DNA of 64,000 nt from Erysipelotrichaceae bacterium (GTDB taxonomy: Bacteria; Bacillota_I; Bacilli_A; RFN20; CAG-449), in the NCBI GenBank assembly GCA_015059045.1, contig SVBD01000001.1, forward strand, positions 135,876-199,875. Reading direction: 5' to 3'. Shown here one piece after another: positions 44,428 to 52,528 of the stretch. A program made the translations under genes and the position numbers. How positions within the stretch are numbered: position 1 is the stretch's first letter; each line of letters starts with the position of its first letter. The notes under the pieces are model-generated. The model saw only the letters and a program-made list of their open reading frames with translations, was not told the origin of the DNA and ran no database searches.

Positions 44428-45236
44428 CTAAAATAAGATAATTAATATAATTGAAGCAAAAGATAATACTAACCCAACAATGAAAAAATACATTACAATT
44501 TGGTATTCTTTAAATCCTTTTAATTCTAAATGATGATGAAAAGGTGCCATCAAGAATAAGCGTTTTTTCGTTAATTTAAAAAAACTAACTTGAAGTATCA
44601 CACTTAATGTTTCAAAAATAAATAAACCACCACTAATTAAAAGAAATATTTCTTTATGCAATATAATTGCACTTATCCCTAATAACAATCCTAAAGATAA
44701 CGATCCAGAATCACCCATAAAAATTTTGCTAGGATGGAGGTTAAAACTTATGAATCCTAAAGTCGCACCAAAACTAGAAATCAATAAATATGTTAGGTAA
44801 TATTCCTTTTCAATTAAAGAAAATAAGATAAATGGAATAACCGCCAATAAGTATAAAGAGGAACTTAATCCATCCAATCCATCAGTTAAATTTACGCTAT
44901 TAGAACATCCAACTAAAATAAATGGAAACAAAATAAATATATATTTACCAATATTGATTTTATAATCATTTAATAAATTAATATTTTCAAATAAATAATG
45001 CTCTTGAAGATAATATAAACATATCAATGATAATACTAATTCTAAAAGAAATCTGATTATCGAAGGAATTCCATGATAATCTTTAAATTTAACTTTAATC
45101 AAATCATCAACTAATCCTATCAAGAAAAATGAAGTAATCATAATTATTATTACTTTAAAATAACTATAATTATAATATTGATAATATAAGATAGTAGTAA
45201 ATAAGACACTAATGATAATAGCAACACCCCCTAAAG
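44428..45236 (-). pseudogene. mraY: mraY 3' fragment (about 268 codons), separated from its 5' end by the inserted element
   Basis: The frame is open from 44428 up to a TAA created at the element boundary (45237..45239); it encodes SLGGVAIIS...DGLDGL...MGDSGS MraY motifs; the track ORF begins at an internal Met. Confidence 0.85.
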
Positions 45237-45246
45237 ATGGTGCAAC
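45223..45246. other. Left attachment junction (attL-like): host half-site, AAAG direct repeat, then element terminal IR GGTGCAACTTAGGGATTT
   Basis: The host mraY reading frame stops here; base composition switches sharply; the 18-bp IR matches the right end in 17/18 positions. Confidence 0.7.
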
Positions 45247-45306
45247 TTAGGGATTTACGAAAAACAGTAAATTTTTGAGCGACACCTTCAAGCGGGGCAA
45301 ACAAGT

Positions 45307-45353
45307 AAAGACCACACATAAGGATAAAACCTTGTGTGTGGTCTTTCTTTTTG
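45307..45353. terminator. Strong hairpin terminator at the left inner end of the element
   Basis: Perfect 12-bp stem AAAGACCACACA/TGTGTGGTCTTT with a T-rich tail; lies just 3' of the last cargo gene. Confidence 0.6.
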
Positions 45354-45356
45354 CGT

Positions 45357-45635
45357 TTAATCTTCTCCTGTGAGCAACATCACATCAAGCATCGTTCTTG
45401 CACCGAGCCGAAACGCATACACGAATATTGCCTCTTCTGCAAGGCTGGCGTATTCACTCCAACAATCATCGAACCGTTCTAAAATATCACGTTGCTCATC
45501 GGTCATTGCTTTTAGTAGGTCTTCGTGATGCCGAGCCATATACTCCATTAACTGCTTCATCTCGGGAGTGTTGTTACGGCTATCCGATTGCGGATTTATA
45601 TTGCCGTGCCACAATTCTGCAAGCGTATTTTTCAT
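45357..45635 (-). CDS. Hypothetical 92-aa acidic protein (last gene of the cargo operon)
   Basis: Start reassigned to MKNTLAELW, which has an AAGGAGGTG RBS; no recognisable domain. Confidence 0.5.
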   Translation of the reverse strand: MKNTLAELWHGNINPQSDSRNNTPEMKQLMEYMARHHEDLLKAMTDEQRDILERFDDCWSEYASLAEEAIFVYAFRLGARTMLDVMLLTGED

Positions 45636-45722
45636 ATGCACACCTCCTTGTAGCACAACACTATACCACAGGTCTGCGCATAAGTCCAGATAACAAATTG
45701 TGAACGAAACTTTGCCGCAGAG

Positions 45723-47051
45723 TTAGTTTTCTAAAGAGGCTGAAATATAATTTATACCTTCCAAAAAATAGAATTTGGAAAACTTATCTTTTCCCGCTAT
45801 TGGGCGGAATGTAATTTTTATATTTTTCTTTTTTCTCTTTTTTTGTTTTTCAACCGATTCTGCGTTATTTACTTTTGCATCTTTATAAACAATAATATAT
45901 TTTTCTGCTGAAAATCGTTGACCATGTAATGTAATGCCTAGAACTTTACCTTCAACAGCTATTTCGGAAGAAAGGGGTTCTTCTGCAAAGTCATCTGGTA
46001 TTCGGTCGTAATCACAGCGGGTTTCATCGCAAAAATTCGTTTTTACATGATGCCACTTTCCTACTAATGAAGAAGCTAGGATATATGCAGCTCTATAATC
46101 GCTTGTGTATACATCTCCAATACTAATATCAAATTTGCAACCAGTATGTTTTTCTATTGTAAGAAGGTTTTCAATGTAAGCAATAAGATGAGGGGCATTT
46201 TTAAACATTGGCGCCGACAATTCATTTTCATCCAATGTTGCATTTAACAACTCTTTGTCTCCAATCTTGATGGAAAGTTGCTTTGTTTTACCGATTTCAT
46301 TAATGAGCCGTTCACGAGCTAATTGTACATTCAAATCTAACGACGGAACTTTAGTAATATTAAAATCTGTGCGTGCTACATTATCATAAGCGGTAATTGA
46401 AAAATCAAATCCTTGCCCATTAGAAATTGTGCCAAATATCATTTTCCCATACTCAAGACATGGTTTTCTCCTCAATTGAATTTCGATGATTATATTACCC
46501 GATTGGATTGTGGCGGATACGGCAGGTGGAAACTCCGGTGCACCGATTATAGTTATCATTCCATCACGATATTCCATGTTAGGAAAAGGGTCTTCGATTT
46601 CGCCAAGATATTCTCGGTACGCTGTCGTTTTAAGCTCAACCCTTGTTTGTGTTCTATATGCATAATCCCATGGGGTTTCGGACTTACTCATATGAGGATA
46701 CTTTTTGTAGTCAATTTGATAGGTTCCCTTGATTTTTTTGGGATATTTAGATAATGCATCCGCTGTTTCGGGAGTGCTCACCAAGCGCCCTAAATCAGCG
46801 TTGGGTTTTACTGTAAAATCGGGATACAGTGGGTGAACTTTTTTGGCGGCAGAAAGAAAGTCCGTAAACTGTCTTTGAATAATATCATACTTTCCTATCT
46901 GACCGAGGATCGAAATCATTTCTGGCGTATTATTGCAGAAAACAGGAGACTCAACCGTGCTATCCTGAATAACGACATTGTGATTAGAATTTCTGCCGAT
47001 AGTTGAATTGTTTGATGAAGATTTTTTCCAAAACATAGTCTCTCCGTTCAT
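45723..47051 (-). CDS. Hypothetical 442-aa cytoplasmic protein (candidate effector)
   Basis: ORF with GC-rich codon usage; no Walker A and no TM helix; start codon overlaps (ATGA) the upstream 52-aa TM ORF. Confidence 0.5.
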   Translation of the reverse strand: MNGETMFWKKSSSNNSTIGRNSNHNVVIQDSTVESPVFCNNTPEMISILGQIGKYDIIQRQFTDFLSAAKKVHPLYPDFTVKPNADLGRLVSTPETADALSKYPKKIKGTYQIDYKKYPHMSKSETPWDYAYRTQTRVELKTTAYREYLGEIEDPFPNMEYRDGMITIIGAPEFPPAVSATIQSGNIIIEIQLRRKPCLEYGKMIFGTISNGQGFDFSITAYDNVARTDFNITKVPSLDLNVQLARERLINEIGKTKQLSIKIGDKELLNATLDENELSAPMFKNAPHLIAYIENLLTIEKHTGCKFDISIGDVYTSDYRAAYILASSLVGKWHHVKTNFCDETRCDYDRIPDDFAEEPLSSEIAVEGKVLGITLHGQRFSAEKYIIVYKDAKVNNAESVEKQKKRKKKNIKITFRPIAGKDKFSKFYFLEGINYISASLEN

Positions 47052-47206
47052 TTTTTCACATCACTGTTTTGTATTACTGTATTTCCATCACCTTTGATTT
47101 TTGCTTTTGCTTTGGATTTTCTTTCTATTGTTTTACCTGTAAAGAGACCTGCCACAAAGGTTGCTATAGGGAGCGCAACATCAATAAGCCAAAATTTCCA
47201 ATCCAT
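47048..47206 (-). CDS. 52-aa single-pass membrane peptide, translationally coupled to the 442-aa ORF
   Basis: Encodes MDWKFWLIDVALPIATFVAGLFTGKTIERKSKAKAKIKGDGNTVIQNSDVKK; one TM helix and a basic C-tail; absent from the track because it is under 60 aa. Confidence 0.45.
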   Translation of the reverse strand: MDWKFWLIDVALPIATFVAGLFTGKTIERKSKAKAKIKGDGNTVIQNSDVKK

Positions 47207-47224
47207 TTTAATTCACTTCCTTTG

Positions 47225-47722
47225 TTAATTTTTAGGAATTAGCGTCCGAAAATCAATCCCGTTTGCGCTTGTATCCCATTTTCCTACTTGCATTTGTTTT
47301 ATACGCTTACCGTCACCGAAATCAAGCAAGTCGAGCCTATTGAAATTGTTGAGAATCTTATTCAAACTACCGAGCCCCGCAGAAGACAACAAAAATGCTT
47401 CTGCCGGATCGCACAATTTACAATACGCCCATAACTGACCCAAGTCGTGGAGATTTAACTGTGTTTTCTTAGCTTCTATAAAAACAATGCTTGTCTTTTT
47501 ACCCTTTATGATTATACCGAGAACATCAATTTGAATATCCAAACCCACGGTTTGTGGATAATTGTCTATGACTCCGTATTTCTCAAGAAAAAGGTCGAGA
47601 GTTTGCGCATGAGAGTCAACAGTGATTATTGTTGCCCCCGGATATTTTTCTTCCAAATACGTTTGAAGCCAACACCGCATCGGCTCATATAACTCAAATT
47701 CTTTTTTTACATTATTCGCCAT
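47225..47722 (-). CDS. PD-(D/E)xK-like nuclease candidate (165 aa)
   Basis: Residues D...GLDIQIDVLG...IVFIEAKKT form a D/(D/E)xK pattern typical of the restriction-endonuclease fold; 11-nt overlap with the upstream gene. Confidence 0.4.
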   Translation of the reverse strand: MANNVKKEFELYEPMRCWLQTYLEEKYPGATIITVDSHAQTLDLFLEKYGVIDNYPQTVGLDIQIDVLGIIIKGKKTSIVFIEAKKTQLNLHDLGQLWAYCKLCDPAEAFLLSSAGLGSLNKILNNFNRLDLLDFGDGKRIKQMQVGKWDTSANGIDFRTLIPKN

Positions 47723-48584
47723 AACCTAAGAACCTCGCCAAATCTGTCCAAGAGTCAAAGTGCTTTCCACGAATTTCTTCGGGCAAACTATGGTCGTGCT
47801 CACCAGGATGAAGGGGCTTGCTTGCGCGTTTAACAGTTTTTTCCCAATAGAATTTATGGGTTTTAACTGGGTCGATAAACTCTAAAAGTTCTTCGCTGTA
47901 TTTCTCAAGAGCATCCTGCTTGTGTTTAATGTTGAATCCGACGGCAAGGAACTCATTAGCAAATATTTTAACTTGATGTTCCTTTTTCCAAAAGTTCGGT
48001 TTGCCTTCGTTGTATTTTACTAGCTTTCCGTCTCTAAAGTTGGGATGACCGAAATCAATAGTTTGTACGGGAACATCAATATCCTTGAGCATATTTGCGA
48101 TGTCGATAACCATATACCAATTTCCGGGGATTTCAATATAAACTCTGTGCGCACCGTCTTGACCGAACGCAATATTGCTTTTTCTTATGTATCCTGTAAC
48201 GTCTGCGATTCCTCGAAGCAACGCACGCTTTTGGTCAGAAGTTATAGAAAACAGCTCTGGGTTCATTCTCATAGTTGAATGATGTCTGCCACCGCCAATG
48301 AGACGTATGATTTCTCTCATAACGTATTCATCGTTGGGTTTTGTGAACGAGAGCTTCGTCGAATGGGGCGCTTCAGTAACAACCAAATTGTGCCCAATCA
48401 AAGGCTCTACTATAGAACGAATATCAACAATACTAGCCTTTACATATATTGCGACATCTTTCAAATCGTCCGTGTATAAATTTTTATAAGGAATATCTAT
48501 GGTAACGGTTGTGGTGCTAGTTCCTCTTTGAATTTCACCGTTGCCTAATATCATTCCGAGTAAATATGACATTTCTGCATTCAT
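47712..48584 (-). CDS. Hypothetical protein with two LAGLIDADG-like segments (290 aa)
   Basis: Start reassigned to MNAEMSYLLGMILGNGEIQ, which has an AAGGCGG RBS; a second segment ALLRGIADVTGYI lies about 120 aa downstream; canonical catalytic Asp not conserved. Confidence 0.3.
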   Translation of the reverse strand: MNAEMSYLLGMILGNGEIQRGTSTTTVTIDIPYKNLYTDDLKDVAIYVKASIVDIRSIVEPLIGHNLVVTEAPHSTKLSFTKPNDEYVMREIIRLIGGGRHHSTMRMNPELFSITSDQKRALLRGIADVTGYIRKSNIAFGQDGAHRVYIEIPGNWYMVIDIANMLKDIDVPVQTIDFGHPNFRDGKLVKYNEGKPNFWKKEHQVKIFANEFLAVGFNIKHKQDALEKYSEELLEFIDPVKTHKFYWEKTVKRASKPLHPGEHDHSLPEEIRGKHFDSWTDLARFLGYGE

Positions 48585-48600
48585 AAATATTACCGCCTTA

Positions 48601-49329
48601 TTAAAGATTATATCCGCGTTCAAATTCTGCTTGATAACCTCTATCAATCGCTAGTTTGCGGATTTCAGTTGTGTTTTGTATATCACCAAACCTAAAACCA
48701 TACCTCTCAACAAGAGTAAGAACAAATTTTGACTTATTAATTCTGCCGACACAAGAACCATTTCCTGCGCCCATATTATCTCTTAAAATTTGAGGACAAT
48801 TCCGCAAGCTGGAAAAATTAATTCTAAATTGAGGGCTTAATTTGTTTGGCATTCCACTCGGTGTATCTCCCATAGTGATAGGACGATAGGTCTGTCCGGG
48901 GAAAAGTTCCTCAAAAATATCATCTCTTCCATCCATAGGAACTTCTGCTTCAATTGAACCAATTCTGCCGGGGCGAGCCATATATCCTACCAACTCATAC
49001 ATCTGCTGTTCGTTTCTGACAGCTATAGTCTGCGAACGAGGTCCCAACAACGAGGATGCTGCACGTCCTTGAGAAGAAAACATTTTTGTTGGCTGAATAG
49101 CCTGAGCAGGGTGCGTTGCCGCCGTAGGGGGTGTGGTTAAAACGACTTCCTTGTTAGCTTCATTTACAATGTTTTGAAGTTCGGCGTCAAAAATGGTAAA
49201 GAATTTATCAAATCCTTTTACCAAGAATGTTTTTTCAGCCGTTTCAAATTTGACTTTGATTTGTCCGTTAGCAACAGAGGTAACGATACCATCACCGAAA
49301 ACACGGTGTTTTACTTTATATGCTGACAT
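48601..49329 (-). CDS. Hypothetical protein (242 aa), directly downstream of the MTase
   Basis: ORF abuts the MTase stop; N-terminal small domain, Pro/Ala/Thr-rich linker and a C-terminal domain; no known motif. Confidence 0.45.
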   Translation of the reverse strand: MSAYKVKHRVFGDGIVTSVANGQIKVKFETAEKTFLVKGFDKFFTIFDAELQNIVNEANKEVVLTTPPTAATHPAQAIQPTKMFSSQGRAASSLLGPRSQTIAVRNEQQMYELVGYMARPGRIGSIEAEVPMDGRDDIFEELFPGQTYRPITMGDTPSGMPNKLSPQFRINFSSLRNCPQILRDNMGAGNGSCVGRINKSKFVLTLVERYGFRFGDIQNTTEIRKLAIDRGYQAEFERGYNL

Positions 49330-51441
49330 TTATTTTGCCCCCAATATTTCATAAATTTGGTCTGAGATGGCTTTTGCCATTAAAGGCGGAACAGCATTGC
49401 CTATTTGAGTGCGAATATAAACCTTCGAGCCGATAAATACAAATTTATCATCGAAAGACTGTATTCTAGCCGCTTCACGAGGTGTGATTGCTCTGTGCAA
49501 GAAAGGGTGATTGTTCGTACCGTTGGATGAGGCATCGAAGCGTGTATCAATTGTTGGTGATACAGCATCCCACTTCAAACGTCCCCAAGTACCGCTAAAC
49601 TGTTGTTTTCCGGTTAATTCATCAGGGAGATACTCTTTTCCGCATTCTGGTGGAATCATTTGCAATTTTCTTATTGCAATTTCCGCATGATTAGAAGCCT
49701 TGTGATTATAGAGTTTTTTGCTGCCTTGGCGCATCATTCTTTGATAATCACTTGTGGGCTCGGTAATATATTCTTGTTCAAAATCTCCTTCATTTGAGTT
49801 TAAGTATGCTAAATCATATATAGCATCTCTTACAGTAACGGGAGTAACACAAGTTGGCAACGGCAACGGCACTTTTTTTCTTTTAGAGCATATAAATATT
49901 GCTCTTTGCCGTGCTTGAGGAACACCAAAATCGGATGCGGTCAAAACACCGTAAGACACGGTATAGCCCATTTGCGATACCTTTTCAACAATTTGGTTTT
50001 TGAACCATCCCGCAGAGGTTGACAATAAAGCTTTTACATTTTCAATAACAAATACTTCGGGTTGGAGAATTGAAACTATATTTAAATATTCATTGAATAG
50101 GAAGTTGCGAGGGTCATCTAAACCGAGTTTTTTGCCTTTAAGAGAAAAACCTTGACAAGGGGGACCACCAATAATCATATTGACATTCCTTGCCTTGCTC
50201 AATTCGATAATCCGCTCGCGCACTTTGCTATCAGTGATATCACCCGAAACAACTTCCGTTTGAGGCATATTATATTTAAATGTCTTCAGGGCTTGTTCGT
50301 TAAAATCTAATGCCACAGACGTAGTAAAATGCTCGTTTTTTTCCATGCCATATGACATTCCGCCTGCACCGCTAAATAAGTCCAAAATGCGGAATTCACT
50401 AATTTCGGGATTGTTAAGTCTTCTATTGCGTATCAAAATCCTTTTGAAAACTTCCTTTCCGTTAATTGTTGGCTTAAATAAATCGTATTCATTATCAGAA
50501 CCGTGATTTGCTTCACCTACAATTTCAAATTGTTCGCTGTTATATCTATTGACTATAGTAATAGGAACAGCCATAATACCGGGGTAATCATACGGAATAT
50601 CTGTTATAGTTTTTACGTGAATTGCATCGTAATTATCGTATTTAGGATATTCCTCGGGCGTATACTTCTTGGTCAACGGCAACTCGGTATGTCTTCTATC
50701 ATTATCGAGATTGGTGAGCCACATAGCGTTTCCAAGACTACGCCATTTTTGACCGCTCTCATCAACCCAATATCTTGTTGAGCGCGGTTCAGATGATTGC
50801 GGTACACGGAATTTCATTTCTCCAAATTGATATCCCGTCCATACTTCGTTATTCTGAATTAAAGGAAAAATTTCCTTATATGTAAGAGCATTTTGATTTC
50901 CAATCAGCAAAAAGCTCTTTTTATATTTCATAATTTCAGCTACAATTTCTTTAAATAATGAAAAAGGTGGGTTTGTAACAACAATATCACATTCGCGTAA
51001 ATATTTAATACACTCAGGACTTCTAAAATCTCCATCACCCTTGAGTTTTTTAATTATGCGACTGCCCGAAAGGAAACGCGAAACAAAATCATCTGAAAGT
51101 TCTTCTTTGCCTTCGCCAATTTCTTTTACATCGAGAACATATCCATTATCTGCGCATAAAGGTTCATTCTCGTCATCAAATAAACTTAATTGTGTTGAGA
51201 CAACCTTTGAGGAACGATATGACGTGCATATCAAACGCTTTAGCTGAAGTTTATTAAAGTTTCTTAAAAAGAATTTACAAAAATTAGATTCAAAGGGGTC
51301 ATCACAATTACATAAAACGGTTTTTCCATAAAACTGCTCCGTATAATGGAAAACCTCAGCTTCGATGGTTTCATATGTTGTATAGAATTCATCGTCCCTT
51401 GCGCGTTTTGCCGCTTGAAGGTTCGTGTTCTTATTTCCCAT
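49330..51441 (-). CDS. Fused DNA methyltransferase: N-terminal amino-MTase-like domain plus C-terminal C5-cytosine MTase
   Basis: N-terminal half contains DIVVTNPPFS, the motif IV of N6A/N4C MTases; C-terminal half contains LFSGAGG (motif I), GGPPCQGFS (motif IV), ENV (motif VI), QARQR (motif VIII) and GNAVPP (motif X); AGGAG RBS. Confidence 0.85.
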   Translation of the reverse strand: MGNKNTNLQAAKRARDDEFYTTYETIEAEVFHYTEQFYGKTVLCNCDDPFESNFCKFFLRNFNKLQLKRLICTSYRSSKVVSTQLSLFDDENEPLCADNGYVLDVKEIGEGKEELSDDFVSRFLSGSRIIKKLKGDGDFRSPECIKYLRECDIVVTNPPFSLFKEIVAEIMKYKKSFLLIGNQNALTYKEIFPLIQNNEVWTGYQFGEMKFRVPQSSEPRSTRYWVDESGQKWRSLGNAMWLTNLDNDRRHTELPLTKKYTPEEYPKYDNYDAIHVKTITDIPYDYPGIMAVPITIVNRYNSEQFEIVGEANHGSDNEYDLFKPTINGKEVFKRILIRNRRLNNPEISEFRILDLFSGAGGMSYGMEKNEHFTTSVALDFNEQALKTFKYNMPQTEVVSGDITDSKVRERIIELSKARNVNMIIGGPPCQGFSLKGKKLGLDDPRNFLFNEYLNIVSILQPEVFVIENVKALLSTSAGWFKNQIVEKVSQMGYTVSYGVLTASDFGVPQARQRAIFICSKRKKVPLPLPTCVTPVTVRDAIYDLAYLNSNEGDFEQEYITEPTSDYQRMMRQGSKKLYNHKASNHAEIAIRKLQMIPPECGKEYLPDELTGKQQFSGTWGRLKWDAVSPTIDTRFDASSNGTNNHPFLHRAITPREAARIQSFDDKFVFIGSKVYIRTQIGNAVPPLMAKAISDQIYEILGAK

Positions 51442-51468
51442 TTTTATCTCCTAATAATGGTTAAATTT

Positions 51469-51678
51469 TTAATTGTTGTCGGGTATGACTTCCATAATGT
51501 CTCCGACATCGCATTCCAATGCTTGACATATTCTCACAATCACTTCGGTATTAACATTTTCATCGTGACCGAGCTTTGCCATTGTACCTCTGCTTATACC
51601 GGTAGCAGCAATAAGGTCTTTTTTCTTCATTTTTTTATCAATTAGCAATTTCCATAGTTTGTTATAGCAAACAGCCAT
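51469..51678 (-). CDS. XRE-family HTH regulator (C-protein-like controller and/or element repressor)
   Basis: 69 aa from the ATG MAVCYNKLWKLL, which has a GAGGTG RBS; HTH segment DLIAATGISRGTMAKL; 27 bp upstream of the MTase and divergent from the primase gene. Confidence 0.7.
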   Translation of the reverse strand: MAVCYNKLWKLLIDKKMKKKDLIAATGISRGTMAKLGHDENVNTEVIVRICQALECDVGDIMEVIPDNN

Positions 51679-51879
51679 ATCGCACCTCAAATAAAATTTT
51701 TGTTTTAGATATTATATCACAGATAGCAAGAAAAGGCAATATATTTTACTAAAATTAAAAGCATTTTTGTCAAAGGCTTTTGAAAAATGTTCATATTTGT
51801 AGACTTTTTCTAAAGTGCCATCCGTTCCTTCCGGGGAGCGGATTTTTTATTTTCTGAAGATTTTTCAAAAAGGGGCTTA

Positions 51880-52460
51880 AAAAATGTCGTTTTCGTGAGC
51901 TACCTATGAGGAAAAATTTATGCAAAGGGGGTTAACTTTTGCCGTTTTCGTGACCTACCAGTAGAGGAAAAAAATTATTTTTGCTAAACCCTTCAATTTT
52001 TTCCATTACCGAGGCTTGTATATGAGAGGCGGAAAGATTTATAAACTTTTTTTCAAAAAGCGGACCAAAGCCGATAAAAATCTCCAACCAGGTAGTGAGG
52101 AGAGAAAAATTATCTTTTTTTCGTAAAAGCGGACCAAACGGCATTTCATTTTCCAGCCAGGGGATGAAGAGAGAAAATATTAAGATTTTTCTCGTTTCGG
52201 TGGAAAAACGACTCTCGATTCTCCAACAGGTGGTGAAATGGAAAATATTTTTTGAAGATTTTTCGGAAAACTCCCCCCCCAATATGCCACTCAAATCTCC
52301 GTATAACGAAAATCGAAAAATTTTTTTGAAAAACGGGTCCCCAATAAGCCCTCCAAATCTCCGTATAACGAAGGCGGTAAAAATCATTTGTTTTTTTTCG
52401 ATTTTCACGATTTGGTGGAAAAACGGCTTTCCATTTTCCAACTGGGGAGTGAAGGCACCC
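51880..52460. repeat. Array of about 8 degenerate direct repeats (period about 65-70 bp; iteron-like) in the 840-bp non-coding region upstream of the primase-helicase gene; putative replication origin
   Basis: Recurring cores TCTCCAACCAGGTAGTGAGGAGAGAAAAATTA, TTTTCCAGCCAGGGGATGAAGAGAGAAAATATTA, TTCTCCAACAGGTGGTGAAATGGAAAATATTT, TTTTCCAACTGGGGAGTGAAGG, plus two copies of AAATCTCCGTATAACGAA and two of CGTTTTCGTGA(G/C)CTACC; a C8 tract at 52273..52280. Confidence 0.7.
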
Positions 52461-52528
52461 AACAACCAAGAAAGGAGGTACACCGATGAACACAACGCTT
52501 ACAACAAAAATGAAAGGAGGTCGATACG

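Noticed and set aside
52273-52280. C8 homopolymer as a phase-variation switch
   Set aside because: It lies in non-coding iteron DNA, not in a reading frame or a promoter spacer of an obvious gene, so slipped-strand regulation is not supported.
51880-52460. Possible CRISPR array (regularly spaced repeats)
   Set aside because: The repeats are degenerate (not near-identical), about 30 bp cores at a period of about 70 bp without unique spacer-like inserts, and there are no cas genes. Iterons for a Rep/primase protein are a better fit.
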